Source: Heteronotia binoei
Lineage: Eukaryota
Length of the DNA: 64,000 bases
Assembly (NCBI RefSeq): GCF_032191835.1
Contig: NC_083227.1
Location: 41,230,001 to 41,294,000, forward strand
Direction: 5' to 3'
Below the pieces are notes generated by a model. It was not told where the DNA came from. It searched no databases and saw nothing but the letters and a program-made list of their open reading frames with translations. Position 1 is the first letter of the stretch, and every line of letters starts with the position of its first letter. This document shows positions 1 through 13,733 of the stretch, piece after piece. Both the position numbers and the translations under genes were made by a program.

Positions 1-437
1 GGCTAGTCACACACCTTCAACCTAACCTAAGGATAAAATAGTGGATAGAACGATGATATACCGTAAGCTGCTCTGGATCACCATCCAGGTGGGCAGCTGT
101 GTTGGAATAAACCAACAAAAGTTTATTTAAGGTATGAGCTTTTGTGTGCACACTCACTTCCTCAGATACATTGAAATGGAAGTTAACACACACAGATATA
201 TGTGTGTGTGTGTGTGTGTGTGTCTACATTGGTGAACAGCAAATTAGCATAGAACTTAATGAACATGTTTTTATATATATAAACTCACTTGATGACTTTA
301 AGGAAGCCCTTCTTTGACTGAGCCTTCCCTACCTGCAGCAAGAGGATGACTGAAGCATTTTAAAAATGTAATTTAGAGAGAGAGAGCGCACATTTTGAAC
401 ATGTAAGCATTTAACACAACCTCTCTTTATCTCTTAG

Positions 438-539
438 GCGAAGCACTCCGATGTTACACCTGTGAACAAAGTCCTGTAGTGTGCAGGACCAATGTTACTT
501 GTACCCACGAAGAAGATGTCTGCTTGCAAATCAGGTTTT
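438..539 (+). CDS. CD59: CD59-like Ly6/uPAR (LU) domain, internal coding exon (signal-peptide exon lies upstream of the window)
   Basis: Acceptor ctcttag at 436-437, donor gtatgt at 540; 102-nt phase 1/1 exon reading (G)EALRCYTCEQSPVVCRTNVTCTHEEDVCLQIRF, with LU cysteine spacing as in CD59. Confidence 0.85.
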
Positions 540-922
540 GTATGTATACTATGCAAAATTATTACTTATTTATATTTATGCACTTGTGCCCTGACCCCCA
601 ATTCTCCAGGCTAACCAGATCTCATTGGATCCCAGAAGCTAAACATAGTTGGCCCTCATTAGTATGTGGTTGGGATCAAGGAATACTGGGCTCATTATGC
701 AGAGGCAGGCAATGTCAAACCAGCTCTGAATGCCTCTTGTCTTGTCAAAAGTTGTCAAAAGTCAGCTGTGACTTGATGGCGAAAAAGAAAACTTTTATGA
801 CTTAAGGCAGTCTACAAAGCTACAAACACACAATGTCCTGCAAAACCACTTGAACAGCAAAGTAAAGCAGTCTTGTTCAACTGATTCCATTGATATTAAA
901 GTCTCGTTTTAAAAAAATTATA

Positions 923-1196
923 GAGCCCCACAGCATAGAGTAGTAAGCTGCAATACTGCAGTCCAAGCTCTGCTCACAACCTGAGATCGATCCCGGCAGA
1001 AGCTGGGTTCAGGTAGCTGGCTCATGGTTGATTCAGCCTTCTATTCTTCCGAGGTTGGTAAAATGAGTACCCAGCTTGCTGGGGGTAAAGTGTAAAAGAC
1101 TGAGGAAGGCAATCCACCCCGTAAAAAAGTCTACCATGAAAACATTGTGAAAGCAGTGTCACCCCAGAGTCAGAAATGACTGGTGCTTTACCTTTA
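923..1196 (+). mobile_element. Sauria-type SINE (further copies at ~8641-8937 + and ~13219-13515 -)
   Basis: Three mutually similar ~280-bp copies with a tRNA-like head (gtggtaaagctgca...tcgatcc) and the shared core gactcagccttccatccttccgaggtcggtaaaatgagtacccagcttgctggggg. Family name from recall. Confidence 0.75.
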
Positions 1197-1439
1197 ATAT
1201 CAATAATAAGATTGAATGCGTGATTTAAAAAAAACACTGTGGTGGAAGAGTAAACAAAATTTATGTGTTTGTTAGTTTCTTGACTAGGAACACTCGCACT
1301 GGCCTGTTCAAACCTGGAAAATTTTAGTATGTTTTGGTGGCCTTTGTCTTACCAGCAGTTTTGGCAGAAAACTTGCAACCTTCCTACTTCTTCGGGACTC
1401 TGGGACACTTTTTGGTGGTCTCCCTCATTCAATTAAAAA

Positions 1440-2030
1440 ATAACAGAAGTGAAACTTCAATCTTTTAAAATAACCTCATTTTGGTACCTTACTCCACTTA
1501 AATTAGCGTGTATGAAATGTTCTTCCTCACCTAAATGCTGGGAAAAGTGTGGGCAGATTGGAGATTATTTACATTGTTGGCTAAAGTGTCCTAGTGTTAA
1601 ACCATTCTGGTCCTCAGTTATTACTCACATTAATTCAATTTCAAGTGTTGCTATTTTGGCAATCCCAGAACATCTTTTCTTAAATGGTTGGGTCTCTCAT
1701 AAATATATTTTTGCAACTATTGACAGAGTCTTATTATTGTCTGCAGCAAAAACATGCATTGCTAGGAATTGGAAAACCACATCACCCCCTTCCCTTACTC
1801 AGTGGCATAACAAAATCTAGGAGTTTTTATGTTGGCAAAATTGACTGACAATCTTAATGCAATTGATGGCTGTGAAACATCTTCCAATTTTAATACTATA
1901 TGGTTTCCTGTACTGGAATATCTAACTGCTCAACAAGAAATCCCTAAAATTGTTAATGATTTACATCTATGGTAGAATGCGGGCACTGTTTATTTATATT
2001 ATAATACCTTCCTTTGAAGTACATGTTATA

Positions 2031-2061
<31 letters not shown>

Positions 2062-2185
2062 GATAATGTGTGTGTGTATATATATATTGGCAGACATCTA
2101 GACAATATCAGTTTATTCATGTTTTATTTATAATTGTACTGTTTTATGATTTAAAACCAATAAACTGTGAATTTTCAAAAACAAA
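1440..2185 (+). mobile_element. 5'-truncated, decayed L1/Tx1 LINE: ORF2 C-terminal Cys-rich region and 3' UTR, in the CD59 intron
   Basis: ORF 1449-1820 has KCWEKCGQIGDYLHCWLKCPSVKPFW and IARNWK, typical of the L1 ORF2 end; AATAAA near 2159 followed by an A-rich tail. Confidence 0.75.
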
Positions 2186-2519
2186 GATAGTACATCAAGT
2201 AGCAGCTTACCTATGGTGACCCTATAGGGTTTTCAAGGCAAAAGGCAAACAGAGATGTTGCCATTGCCTGCCTCTGCATCACAACACGGGTATTCCTGGG
2301 TGGCCCTCTCATTCAAGTACTAGGGCTGACCCTGCTTAGTTTCTGAGATCTGACAAGATCAGGCCAGTGTGGGCTATCCAGGCTAGGATAATTAGGCTGT
2401 GGTTTGGGAAATCTTCCATTTTAGTGTGTTCAGAAAGCATGATTATTGTACAATTGTTCAAAAGTGTTGTTTTCAAGGAGGGAGTTAATTCGGGGTATGC
2501 AATTTTCTCTTTCTTTCAG

Positions 2520-2716
2520 TGCATCTGAGAACATACAGCTGCTGGAAGTCATCGCGATGCATCCGAAAAGAAGTTGCCGATGAATTTAATGCTGACAGTT
2601 TTAGATTCCTTTGCTGCTACAAGGATCTCTGCAACAAGAGCCCGAGCCTCCTGGCAGCCAGTGCAGCTGCATTCAGTATTTCTGCAGTGATTGTGCTTTG
2701 GATGGTGTCCCAGTAA
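2520..2716 (+). CDS. CD59: CD59-like last coding exon with CCxxDLCN motif and GPI-anchor signal
   Basis: Acceptor ttctttcag at 2518-2519, in phase with the previous exon; HLRTYSCWKSSRC...FLCCYKDLCN then a hydrophobic tail (AAAFSISAVIVLWMVSQ*). Confidence 0.85.
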
Positions 2717-3177
2717 CTCAGGGATTAAAATGTAACTTCACTCTGTACATCTTTTTTTTATCCCCCATCCCCCCGTGCCTGGATATGTCTGCGGCAGCAG
2801 CTGTTTGGAGAAGAGGCACATGGTTTAACCAGAAAAGAGATGTGTGAGAAAGAATCCCATTTCTGAAACTTACAAGATAAGGTGGGAAGGACTTTTGACA
2901 CTGTCCCTAATTCATCTATATCCTAAAGCCACAGTCACCGAATTATTGTGCTACTTGTAGAATTCTAGCCCATGAACACAAACAGTAGGTGTTACTCAGA
3001 CATTTACTATGTGAGATTTGATATGCTTACTTGTGTTCCTATTGAGGAGAAAGGCAGGGTATAAATGAAGTAAATAAATGAATACATTCTATATTCCCCC
3101 TTAAACCAACAAAAGGATTCTTTTTGAGTAAGTGTACTTATAACCTAGTTAGTTTTGTCTTCTGTTTTCATAAACAT

Positions 3178-3390
3178 GAACATATGAAGCTGCCTTATAC
3201 TGAATCAGACCCTCGGTCCATCAAAGTCAGTATTGTCTACTCAGACTGGCAGCGGCTCTCCAGGGTCTCACACTAAGGTTTTTCACACCTATTTGCCTGG
3301 ACCCTTTTAGTTGGAGATGCCAGGGATTGAACCTGGCACCTTTTGCTTACCAAGCAGATGCTCTACCACTGAGCCACCATCCCTCCCCTA
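3178..3390 (-). mobile_element. tRNA-derived SINE (related copies ~3725-3820 +, ~39740-39965 +, ~41385-41525 -)
   Basis: Repeated body catatgaagctgccttatactgaatcagacc...cagactggcagcggctctccagggtctca; on the minus strand, A/B-box-like tggctcagtggtagagc and ggttcaatccc. Confidence 0.7.
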
Positions 3391-4507
3391 TAAGTTAGAG
3401 CTTGTTGTGAAAGCTTTGTCCATAAAGAAAATTTTGGCCCTAACCTTGATAGTCAAGGCAAGCCCGATCTCATCACATCATGGAAACTAAGCAGGTTGAT
3501 CCTGGCAGGTACTTGGATGGGAGACCTCCAAAGAATACCAGGGCCACCTCTCTCTGTAATGTCCAAACCCCCACTAGGGGTCACCAGAAGTCATTTATGA
3601 CTTTCAAGAATACACGCATAAATGCGCACAAGAAAGAAAGAACGAAATCCATAAAGTGAATCTATGTGACTGCAGTCAGAGCTGTAAAAAGCATGATGTA
3701 TTTTATTGACTACTAAGGCATACGCTTGAGACCCTGGAGAGCCGCTGCCAGTCTGAGTAGACAATACTGACTTTGATGGACCAAGGGTCTGATTCAGTAT
3801 AAGGCAGTTTCATATGTCCATATTAGGGTTGTTAACTAAACAGTAGGATTTCCAGTATGGCAGTCTGTGTACTATAGAAGGTATATCTGATGGCCTGTAG
3901 TTAAGATTTGGTGATTCCATAGACAGTACAATCGCCAATTTTTCAGCTTTTACAACATTTAGAGAACTATCACTCCCTTACTGCTATTGCAGCAATTTCA
4001 CAGATATATTATGTGAATATCCTTGCACTGAATGTATAATGGCTCCTAATGGAGCAACCAGCTTTGCTTGCTAGCATTTGTACTCACAGAATGTATATAT
4101 CCATGGAGGGCAGTGTTTGGCAATCTTACAACCAGAATAATATTTCAAGATCATGTTTATCTTAAATTGAAATCCACACTGCTGGCCACATCAAGTGCTT
4201 TTCACTTTCTCTCCTGCTATTTTTTTGTAATGTATGAAAACAAAGGCAATTCTCTTAAACGCACTGATAGCAAATTTTTGAATTGATTGCCAGTCATGCA
4301 GGAAGGGTGAAGGTTTTTGTGAGCACAAAGTCATCTACGTTGCAGAAAGATTCACTTCCTGGGATCAAGAACATTCACTGCTTTCTAACATTCTGCATTA
4401 CAGGGAGAGAGAGCCAATCTGTGTTGAAGCATTGGTTTGAACTTGCATAGTATGTTTCTAGGAGGCTGCAGCCTCAAAACAACTTTCCTATCCTTTTTCA
4501 GGACTTC

Positions 4508-4552
<45 letters not shown>

Positions 4553-5827
4553 TAATAATAAATTTTATTTATATCCCGCCCTCCCCGCCTAGGCAGGCTC
4601 AGGGAGGCTGACAACAGTTCGAAAATTATACAATATAAAATATACAATATAAGGTAATTTAAAACAACATTTAAGTTATACATTGATTTAAAACAACAAT
4701 CTAAAACCAGTTCCAAATGTCTGGATCATTCCATAGTTTAAACGGCGGTGATCTTCCTGATGTTATCTGTACACTTGTATTATGGCAGGGGTCACTAGAT
4801 AAATCGTTGATAATTAAACAGCCATCCTATCAACTTCTACAAACGCCTGCTTGAAAAGGATGGTCTTACAGGCCCTGCGGAATTGGTCCAAATTCCGCAG
4901 GGCCCGTACCTCCTCCGGAAGTTGATTCCAAAGGCACGGGGCTATAACAGAGAAGGCCCGTGCCCGTGTACTCTGTAATTTCGCCTCCTTTGGCCCAGGG
5001 ATAGTCAGCGTGTTCTTCCCTGCCGACCTCAGTGCTCTTTGGGGCTCATATGGGGAGAGACGGTCCCTCAGGTAGGCAGGTCCTCGGCCATATAGGGCTT
5101 TAAAGGTAATAACCAGCACTTTGTATCGGACCCGGTATGTAACTGGCAGCCAGTGCAGTTCACGCAGCCCCGGCTGTATATGCTCCCATTTCGGGAGTCC
5201 CAATAACAGCCTGGCCGCTGCGTTCTGCACTAGCTGCAGCTTCCGGGTTCGACACAAAGGCAGCCCCATGTAGAGGGCATTGCAGTAGTCTAGTCTTGAG
5301 GTGACCGTCGCATGGATCACTGTTGCCAGGTCCCGGCGCTCCAGGAAAGGAGCCAGCTGCCTTGCCCGCTTCAGGTGGAAGAATGCCGACTTGGCAGTGG
5401 CCGCTACCTGGGCCTCCATTGATAGTGAAGGCTCCAGTAGGACTCCCAGGCTCTTGACCCGGCCCGCCGCCTTCAGCGGCGCACCGTCAAAAACCGGGAG
5501 AGGTATTTCCCTTCCCAGAGCGCCGCGCCCCACGCAAAGGACCTCTGTCTTCGTCGGGTTCAGCTTCAACCCACTCAGCCTAAGCCAAGTTGCCACGGCC
5601 TGCAGTGCCCGGTCTAAATTCACTGGAACGCAGTCAGACCGGCCATCCATTAGCAGATAGAGCTGGGTGTCATCCGCATATTGATGACAACCCAGTCCAA
5701 AACTCCGGGCAATCTGGGCAAGGGGGCGCATGTAGATGTTAAATAACATCGGGGAGAGAACTGCTCCCTGAGGCACCCCACAATCTAGTGTGCGCCTCCG
5801 GGAAAGCTCACCCCCGACTTCACTGTC
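4508..5827 (-). mobile_element. 5'-truncated L2-clade LINE: reverse transcriptase C-terminal half, 3' UTR and (TTA)n tail
   Basis: ORF 4814-5839 contains GVPQGAVLSP, QYADDTQLY, LQLVQNAAARL, LHWLP and APCLWNQLP; (ata)n tract at 4508-4560 marks the 3' end. Confidence 0.9.
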
Positions 5828-6073
5828 TAGGGTTCCCAAGCCCCACCTCCCCTTCCGGCAACCAGCAGGGGTGGGGGTACTAGATCCAGGTTGGGAAACT
5901 CCTGAAAACTTGGGGATGGAGACTGGGGAGGACAGAGATCTCAGTGGGGAACAAGGCTGTAGAGTCCACCCTCCAAAGCATCCATTTTCTCCGAGGAAAC
6001 TGATTGGTGTAGTCTGGAGATGAGTTGCAATTCCGGCGGATCCCCAGGTCCCACACAGAGACTGGCATCCCTA
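5828..6073. mobile_element. Non-autonomous hAT (Blackjack-like) MITE; relatives at ~10617-10812 and ~58699-58900
   Basis: Terminal inverted repeats tagggttccca...tggcatcccta, variants of TAGGGTTGCCA. Confidence 0.7.
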
Positions 6074-6486
6074 TTTAGATTGAAGATTTTTCTGCATGGG
6101 GTTTGTTTTGGTCAGTTCTGAATCCATACTACTTTCATTTGTTTCCTGATTTCCAAACACATTTTTGTTCCTTTAGCTTTAGTGTTTTGTTTTGCTCCCC
6201 CCCCCCCATTATTTTGAGACTGCTTTAACCCTGATCTTTTTCTGGAAGCCAATTTTGAGTAGCCTTTTTCCTCATGTATGTTTCTGTCAGTTTTATCCTG
6301 CTCATTCCCAACCACCTCCAGCTTACTTTTTAATGAATGGCCTGTCATCATTGTCAAACCACTCCCTCTCTCTTCCCCTGAAGACAAGAAGCTTCATTTC
6401 CATTTTTAAAGGCACTAAAACATCTGTGTGTGTATGTGTATATATATATATGTGTGTGTGTATGTATATACACACCCACACAACAT

Positions 6487-6674
6487 TGTAATGATAGGTC
6501 AAGCAGGTTTTCTGAATTCCCAGTTTTCATTTTAAGAAAAAATAAATCTCTTATGACTTTCCCTTGTGGAGATATGCCTTTTTCTTTATATCCCTACAAG
6601 GGAGGATACTAGAGACTTACTTTTTAAAAAATGAAAGCTGGGAATTCTGAGAACCTGCTAGACCTATCATTACA
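6487..6674. mobile_element. Palindromic MITE
   Basis: ~65-bp imperfect inverted arms tgtaatgataggtc... / ...gacctatcattaca. Confidence 0.55.
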
Positions 6675-9512
6675 GTGACATGGTAATACTTTAGTGCGTA
6701 AAAAAATCAAAAGTGAGTGCTGTGATGCTACTGATTACAACACCGATGACAACAGCACCTTCCCTTTAAAATCCTGGTTACTTTCCTAAGGAAAATAAAC
6801 TGACTTCACAATTGTGAAAATGAAGAGGAAGGACAGATGCGTGGACCAACTGTGTCCAAACTGATTCCTGTGTTTGTGGGTCAACTGCCAAGAAGATCAG
6901 GAGTAAGTCAATTGTGCAGAAAAGCCCTGGTGTTTTCAGGAGTTACTGTGATAGTTTTAGGAGATGGGTGAGTAAAATTTCCCCCTTCAGGACATACTTT
7001 TCTTGGACAGGAAATGGTGTGGCCATCACATGGAATCAGCCAGCACATAGGATAGTGGTTCTTGCTGGCTGCTGTAGGGTTTGGCCTATGTGTGTGTTGC
7101 CATCTAGCTAGACAAGTAGCCTATTCCACAGCCATCAGAGTGGCCCCCCTCCCCCGGCATCTGCCTTGGATGGGTCCCAACACACCTAGCCACCTGGTGT
7201 GCAGTATCCATGTGTGTCTGGTGGGCCACTGCTTGCCCCCATGGCTGCCAGGTTCAGGAGGGGGAAAGACCGTGTCCAGTGCAGCTTGGTGTCACCAAGG
7301 TAGGCCCAAGGGAGGTAAGGGGGTAGGGGACTGAGAGCATTTCTTACCTGTTCACACATAGCTGCCTTTTGGGATCCCGGTGTATTTGTGCAAGTCGAAA
7401 TCTTGGAGATGTCAGCCACAAAGTGTGGACTTTGCTTACCCTGGGTATATAACCTCCAAGTGCTCACCCAGCATAGCTAGGTGCCCTGGCTGTGTTGTGC
7501 CTGCCTCCAGTGTGCATATGCTCTTGCTGTAAGTCCACACAGCAGGGAGCTGTCAGACAGCATTCCATGGTGCACAACTTACCTCTGGAATTCTGGGGTG
7601 ACCTCCTGGAACCACTTGTAGGAGGGGTGAGATTGGGTCCTGAGAAGGGGTGCAGCTGCAGTGGGAAGTGTGCTGACTGGGTGCACAATTAGTCAGTATC
7701 CTGAGCTGCTTGAGGTTCCATGAGCATGGCTGCAGCTGTGTCTGGGGGAATGAATCTGAAGTGGACTACGATGCCATTTTTGCCAGTGCACCTTTGTGCC
7801 TGCTTTTTTTTGGGGGGGGGAGGCAATGTTCTCATGCTGAAAACACTTTAGAAGCCACCTAACTGCTACCACATTTCCTGGAACACCCGCATCTACACCA
7901 GCTGCGGGGTTTGTACTGTTGCTCCACCAGCATGTGGCTGCAGTGCTTTTGTGCCAGTGGTTCTCAATAGTGCACCACCACTACTGCCCTATGTCAGCAT
8001 AAACTGCCCTTATGTGTAGGGGCCAGTCAGGTCCCTATCCCCCCCCCCCTTAAGATTGCTTTGTTCAGTACCTTATTAAAAAAAAAGTTTATAGTTGGGC
8101 CCTGCAACCAGATATGAATGAACGAATCCACATGCCTTTCATATCTCCAGCATATATTTGATGTAGGAGATGTTGTTATTTCTTTTAACCTGTCTGGTGT
8201 CAAATATCACTGATACGTGAGTTTGATAACATTTTCTCTTATTGCTACATTCACTGAAACATTCCTTAATAACTTTTTCTCTTATCGTTACATTCATCGA
8301 AACATTCCTTATACTTTTATGGAAATTAGTCCACTGGTTATCAGAGAAATGTAGTAGCAGGTCTTTCTTTCCCCCACCTCTCCTTATATATGGTTACTTT
8401 TTGTTCTGCCTCTGCCAGTTTGCTGTAAATCATTGCTATTGGGCAAGTCCGTCTCTCTGGTGTAATAGGAAGGCCTCAGACCTAAATATATTTAGCTAAA
8501 TATCTAAATATATTCATTTGATCTTGCTTACTCTGTAGGTAATGCCTGATTTGTAAATACTGAAAAACCCTGCAAAGCCATATACTCATGTCTGTTGATT
8601 TTTTTTAAAAAATAATAACTTCACTGTATTCATTTTGTTAAGGAGCTCCATGACACAGAGTGGTAAAGCTGCAATACTGCAGTTCAAGCTCTCTGCTCAT
8701 GATGACCTGAGTTTGATCTCAGCAGAAGCTGAGATCAGGTAGCTGAGTCAAGGTTGACTCAGCCTTCCATCCTTCTGAGGTCGGTAAAATGAGTACCCAG
8801 CTTGCTGGGGGGAAGTGTAAATGACTGGGGAAGGCAATGGCAAACCACCCCGTTAAAAAAAAGTCTGCTGTGAAAATGTCATGATACAACGACACCTCAG
8901 AATCAGAAATGACTGTTGCTTTCACAGGAGACTTCATTCGTTTTGTTTAAGTAAATTCACATTAAGGATGATCTGGAAATTATTTGATTGCTCAGCATAT
9001 GAGAGACTGGTACTTTTCAAAAATTACAAAGCAGTAAAATAAAACACTTCTGCAAATTAAGATGGTTGTTTTGGTTGTATGATGTAACAATCAATAAGCA
9101 AAACTCTTATATAAAGGCAACCTAGAAGGAGAACTTCTGCAAATGAAAAAAGCAACCCAGTTTCCTCCTCCAAGCCAAGCATCCTCATTTGACAGAAACA
9201 GCTGTTTCCAAATGTGTATTCCCTGCTAGAGATGCCAGCTTCCAGGTGGGACCTGAAGATATCCTAGAATTACAGCTTAATACAAGTTTAATTCCAAGTC
9301 CAGCAACACTTTAGAGACCAACACAATTTTTGGAGAATAAGCTTTTTTTTTTTTTTGAGAGTCAAACCTCCCTTCGTATCTTGTGAGCTTTGACTCTTAA
9401 AAGCTCATACCCTAAAACTCTTGCTGAGCTCTAAGGTGCTAAAACTCTTGCTGGGCTCAGGTCTAGCTGTTCTACTGCAGACCAACAGTTTGGTCTACTG
9501 CAGACCAACAGC

Positions 9513-9790
9513 CAGTTTGGTGTAGTGGTTAAGTGTGCGGACTCTTATCTGGGAGAACCGGGTTTGATTCCCCACTCTTCCACTTGCACCTGCTAGAATG
9601 GCCTTGGGCCAGCCATAGCTCTGGCAGAGGTTGTCCTTGAAAGGGCAGCTGCTGTGAGAGCCCTCTCCAGCCCCACCCACCTCACAGGGTGTCTGTTGTG
9701 GAGGAGGAAGGTAAAGGAGATTGTGAGCCGCTCTGAGACTCTTCGGAGTGGAGGGCGGGATATAAATCCAATATCTTCATCTTCTTCTTA
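9513..9790 (+). mobile_element. tRNA-headed SINE with L2-like tail (Squam3-like)
   Basis: Head tggtgtagtggtt...gggtttgattcc; 3' end gagggcgggatataaat resembles the L2 tail at ~4560-4590; (tct)n tail. Confidence 0.7.
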
Positions 9791-10849
9791 TCTACCAACA
9801 TGGCTACCCTCTGAAACTCGAATACAAGCTTCTGTATCACAGCAGTACCATGAAGTGTGGGATCTTTGTTTTTTCAGGTACAGTCTGGGAGCACAATGTG
9901 GTGTGTGAGTTGATCTGATGGACCTCAAGTTAAAATAATGAGAGTCCATGCCTCAGATCTATGTGTTTGTTTAACTTCTAGTTAAACTGAAACTCAAAAA
10001 GAGTTTTCAATTTAAAAAAAAAAATTAATTCAGAATTCAGGAAGTTCTGGTTTTTGGACCCTGTGACCCCCACCTTGCAATACTTCTAATGATGAGAGTA
10101 ACAGCAAACACCAGATATCTATCTTTTTCCTTTTTTCAGATGCAGGACTGAAATGACAAGCTGTATAGAGTAATTAACATGGAACAATTCAGGTCTGTTG
10201 TGCCCAAGCAGACCAAGGGGGGCTCCCAGTCTCTTCTGACTTTAATCAAGCCAGTTCCTTGGAGTTGAACAGACTTGCAGCAATGTTCTGCCTTGGTCTG
10301 TTATCGCTTCCTTTTTCAGGGGGTTTCTTGCAGCCCCAAAAGCACTGATGTCTATTTTCACAGAAAAGGTAGTCCTCCTAAAGCTTCAGCTTTGGGCCCA
10401 CCAATCACTACAAAGAGGAAGACCGGTCTTTTAAAACATTATATGGAACAACTCTAGCCCCCTAGTGCAGTCAGGGTTACATTTGCACCTCCTGGTCGCA
10501 GATTGTAACTATGATTGTTTCAGTGCAGTGGATAGACATCACTATAACTCTACGGGAGTGTGTGTGGGGGGGGGGGGGCGGGGGGGGGGGAGGGTTCCTC
10601 AAAGTGTCGGTGCAAGTAGGGTTGTCAACCTTCAGGTGGGGTCTGGAGACCTCCTGGGATTACAACTGACCGCCAAGCTACAACGATCAGTTCCCCTGCA
10701 GAAAACGGCAGCTTTGAAGGGTGGACTCTGTGGCATTATGCCCCATTGAGACCCCTCCCCAAACTCCACCCGTGAACTTCAGGAATTCCCCAACTCAGAA
10801 CTGGCATCCCTAGTTTTACTGTACTCTCCTGCACTTCCATAAAAGTAGT

Positions 10850-11700
10850 CAGAGAGCCTATCCGCACAAGGGCAAGACATATGTATACATACACCCCATC
10901 TAGGACAGGCCAGCACTAATACCACATCCGCGCCAAGGTCCTCCTAAGCCGCTCTTCTCTAATTCCCAAAGCGAATGAACGCGCGCACGCGCGTGCACAA
11001 CACAGCCTTCTCCCTCCCCAGTTCGCCAGCGAGGCAATGCAGGAAACCCTCGGCGTTGCAGGGAGATGCAAGCCGCTCTCGTGGAGAAGAGGAGGAGTCG
11101 AGGGGGCCTCCTACCGCCTGGGACCCGCCTTCGCAGCCAGGCCGTCACTGCCGGCCGCCTGCCCTCCCCTCGGCGGCTCCCGGGAGACAGCGGTGCGTCT
11201 GGCCCTTGTCTGCAGCTGCCCTATACCGGGCCTTCTAGCAGCCCCATCCGGAGCAGCGACCCTGTTGGTTGGCGAGGAGGAGCGCAAAGGGCAGTCCGCA
11301 GTCCCCTTGGGCTGAATGCTGCGTGGAAGAAAAGTAGCCGGGGAGTCCCCGGGCGCCGTCGCCGCTCTCTGGAGGAAGCATGTAGAGGTGACCCAGTTTG
11401 ATTAAACGGGAATTGCAGAGACAGGCCCACTATCCCATCCATCAAAGGTAACGGCCGTGGCGTCCCCTTTGGGCCTGGAGGTCCTGCTGCCTTTCCTGCC
11501 CTCCAGCCATCCTCTGGGCCCATGTTTCCACAGCCTTTCATCCCAGTGGTGGCAAGAAGCTCAGAGATGGGGGGTACTTCTGTGCGGCGGGCCACTGTCT
11601 CTTCCAGGACCCGCTTGCGTGGCAGCAGTGGCACCATGCTGCTGCCCTCCATGCTGATGTTTGGTGTGATCGTGGCCTCCAGCGGCCTTCTGCTCATGAT
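10850..11700 (+). promoter_or_regulatory. CpG island / promoter of CHST14
   Basis: Dense CpG run directly upstream of and overlapping the ATG; NRF1-like gcgcgcacgcgc near 10981. Confidence 0.75.
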
Positions 11701-12640
11701 TGAGAAGGGCATTTTGGCTGAAGTGAAGTCCCCACCTCTCCATCCCTCCCATGGAGAGCTGTCCTGGAGGAATGCGGGCAGTGCCAGAGCTGCTTCAGTG
11801 CCAGAGGACATAGGGTACCATGTCCTGCAAGATATCCGTAACAGGACAATCCGTACCATGTGTGGGCAAAAGAACATGCCCCACAGTATCTGGGACCTCT
11901 CCGCTGGCCAGAGGAGGACATTACTCAAACACATTCTGGTTAGCGACAAACATCACTTTTTGTATTGCTACGTCCCCAAAGTTGCCTGCTCCAACTGGAA
12001 ACGGATTCTGAAAGTTTTAGATGGCGTGCTGGAGAATGTGGACGTGAAGCTGAAAATGGACCACAAGAAAGACTTGGTTTTCCTCAGTGAGATGAAACCA
12101 GAGGAGATCAGATACCGGCTAAAGCATTATTTTAAGTTCATCTTCGTCCGAGACCCGATGGAGAGACTTTTATCAGCTTACAGAAATAAATTTGGAGAGA
12201 TCAAAGAGTACCAGTTGAAATATGGAGTGGAAATAGTCAACAGGTATAGGAAAAACCCTGGGAAAACCACTGGAGATGATGTCACTTTCTCTGAATTTCT
12301 CCGGTACCTCTTAGATGAAGAGGTGGAGAAAATGAATGAACACTGGATGCCCATCTACAGCTTGTGCCAGCCCTGTGCGGTGAGGTATGATTTCATCGGA
12401 TCCTATGAAAGACTGAATGAAGATGCCAATTATGTTCTGGAACGGGTTCAAGCACCCTCCTTTATACACTTTCCAGAAAGGCAATCATGGTACAAGCCAG
12501 TAACTCCTCAAACTTTGCATTATTATCTGTGTAACACTCCAAGGGGGCTTGTCAAAGAGCTGTTGCCAAAGTACATTTTGGATTTCTCTTTGTTTGCTTA
12601 CCCTCTTCCAAACATTACAAGTGAATTTTGCAGGCAGTGA
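11522..12640 (+). CDS. CHST14: Carbohydrate sulfotransferase 14 (dermatan 4-O-sulfotransferase 1), single coding exon, 372 aa
   Basis: MFPQP start, transmembrane [26 protein letters not shown], 5'-[17 protein letters not shown], 3'-[20 protein letters not shown]-terminal [16 protein letters not shown]; matches recalled mammalian CHST14 along its length. Confidence 0.97.
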   Translation: MFPQPFIPVVARSSEMGGTSVRRATVSSRTRLRGSSGTMLLPSMLMFGVIVASSGLLLMIEKGILAEVKSPPLHPSHGELSWRNAGSARAASVPEDIGYHVLQDIRNRTIRTMCGQKNMPHSIWDLSAGQRRTLLKHILVSDKHHFLYCYVPKVACSNWKRILKVLDGVLENVDVKLKMDHKKDLVFLSEMKPEEIRYRLKHYFKFIFVRDPMERLLSAYRNKFGEIKEYQLKYGVEIVNRYRKNPGKTTGDDVTFSEFLRYLLDEEVEKMNEHWMPIYSLCQPCAVRYDFIGSYERLNEDANYVLERVQAPSFIHFPERQSWYKPVTPQTLHYYLCNTPRGLVKELLPKYILDFSLFAYPLPNITSEFCRQ

Positions 12641-13733
12641 ACTTTTGTCCACTGCCGAACCATCTCAGTGTCCTATGCAATTTCATAATTTTTTTGTACT
12701 TTTACTAACATTTTCCACATCAGAATGTTTCCTATGTAGATTTAACCTTTATATACTATGTATATAGGCCGCTGACTTAAGCACAATATTTTCCTTTGAA
12801 TTTGGGGAGTGGTTTTTGTATATTTTAGGAACAAAGCAATTTTTTTAAGACTTAGTATCAACTGCAGGACAGTTACATTGTGGAAGTAAATTGCAATAGC
12901 AACAATGGAAAATTTCCAGAGAGGGCTTCACTTACCCCAGTCTGCATGTGTGTGTGAGGTGTGTTTGTGTCCCTAGCCAGTAAGATCTTATAACAAAAGG
13001 GCAGCAATTATTAGTATTATTACTTTCATTTCAGTGATAAAGTCAGCATTAAACCATAGTAATAGACATGGATTTCATTTTTGTATTGCTCCTAGCACAG
13101 CTACTAGTAGCATAATCCCAGATAGTTACTCCAATACAAGCTTATTAGAATTGGTTAGCATAGCCTGCAGTAAATCTCCATAGGACTGCACTGCATAAAT
13201 CAAAGATTACTTGCGTTATAAAGGTAAAGGTAGTCCCCTGTGCAAACACGTCGTTTCCGACTCTGGGGTGATGTTGCTTTCACAACGTTCACAGCAGACT
13301 TTTTACGGGGTGGTTTTACATTGCCTTCCCTAGTCATCTACACTTTTCTCCCAGCAAGCTGGATACTCATTTTACTGACCTCGGAAGGATGGAAGGCTGA
13401 ATTAACCTCAAGCCAGCTACCTGAACCCAGCTTCCACCGGGATCGAACTCAGGTTGTGAGCAGAGCTTAGGACTGCAGTACTGCAGCTTTACCACTCTGC
13501 ACTATGGGGCGTTATGCTGTGCCATAAAAAGTATAACACTTTGATTCTAAACATTTGTGTTCCTGTTGTGTGAGGCACTGCAGATGTAATGTTATGGCCA
13601 ATGCCACTGGATTGGCAAAAGTGCTGATATGCTTTTATCTGAAGCACTGTTTTGAGTGATTTGCAGTGCAGTCCTATGCAGGATTATTCCCTGATGAATT
13701 ACTCCATGCTGTTTTGCCTCCAAATTAATTGCC

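Noticed and set aside
4498-4716. ORF ending in poly-Ile
   Set aside because: Translation of the (TTA)n tail of the L2 element.
10566-10592. Long G-run upstream of CHST14 as a regulatory G-quadruplex
   Set aside because: Homopolymer G/C runs are frequent throughout this window and their length is error-prone; nothing specific here.
11221-11949. 242-aa antisense ORF over CHST14 and other ORFs in the CpG island
   Set aside because: Shadow frames of GC-rich coding or island DNA; no recognisable domain.
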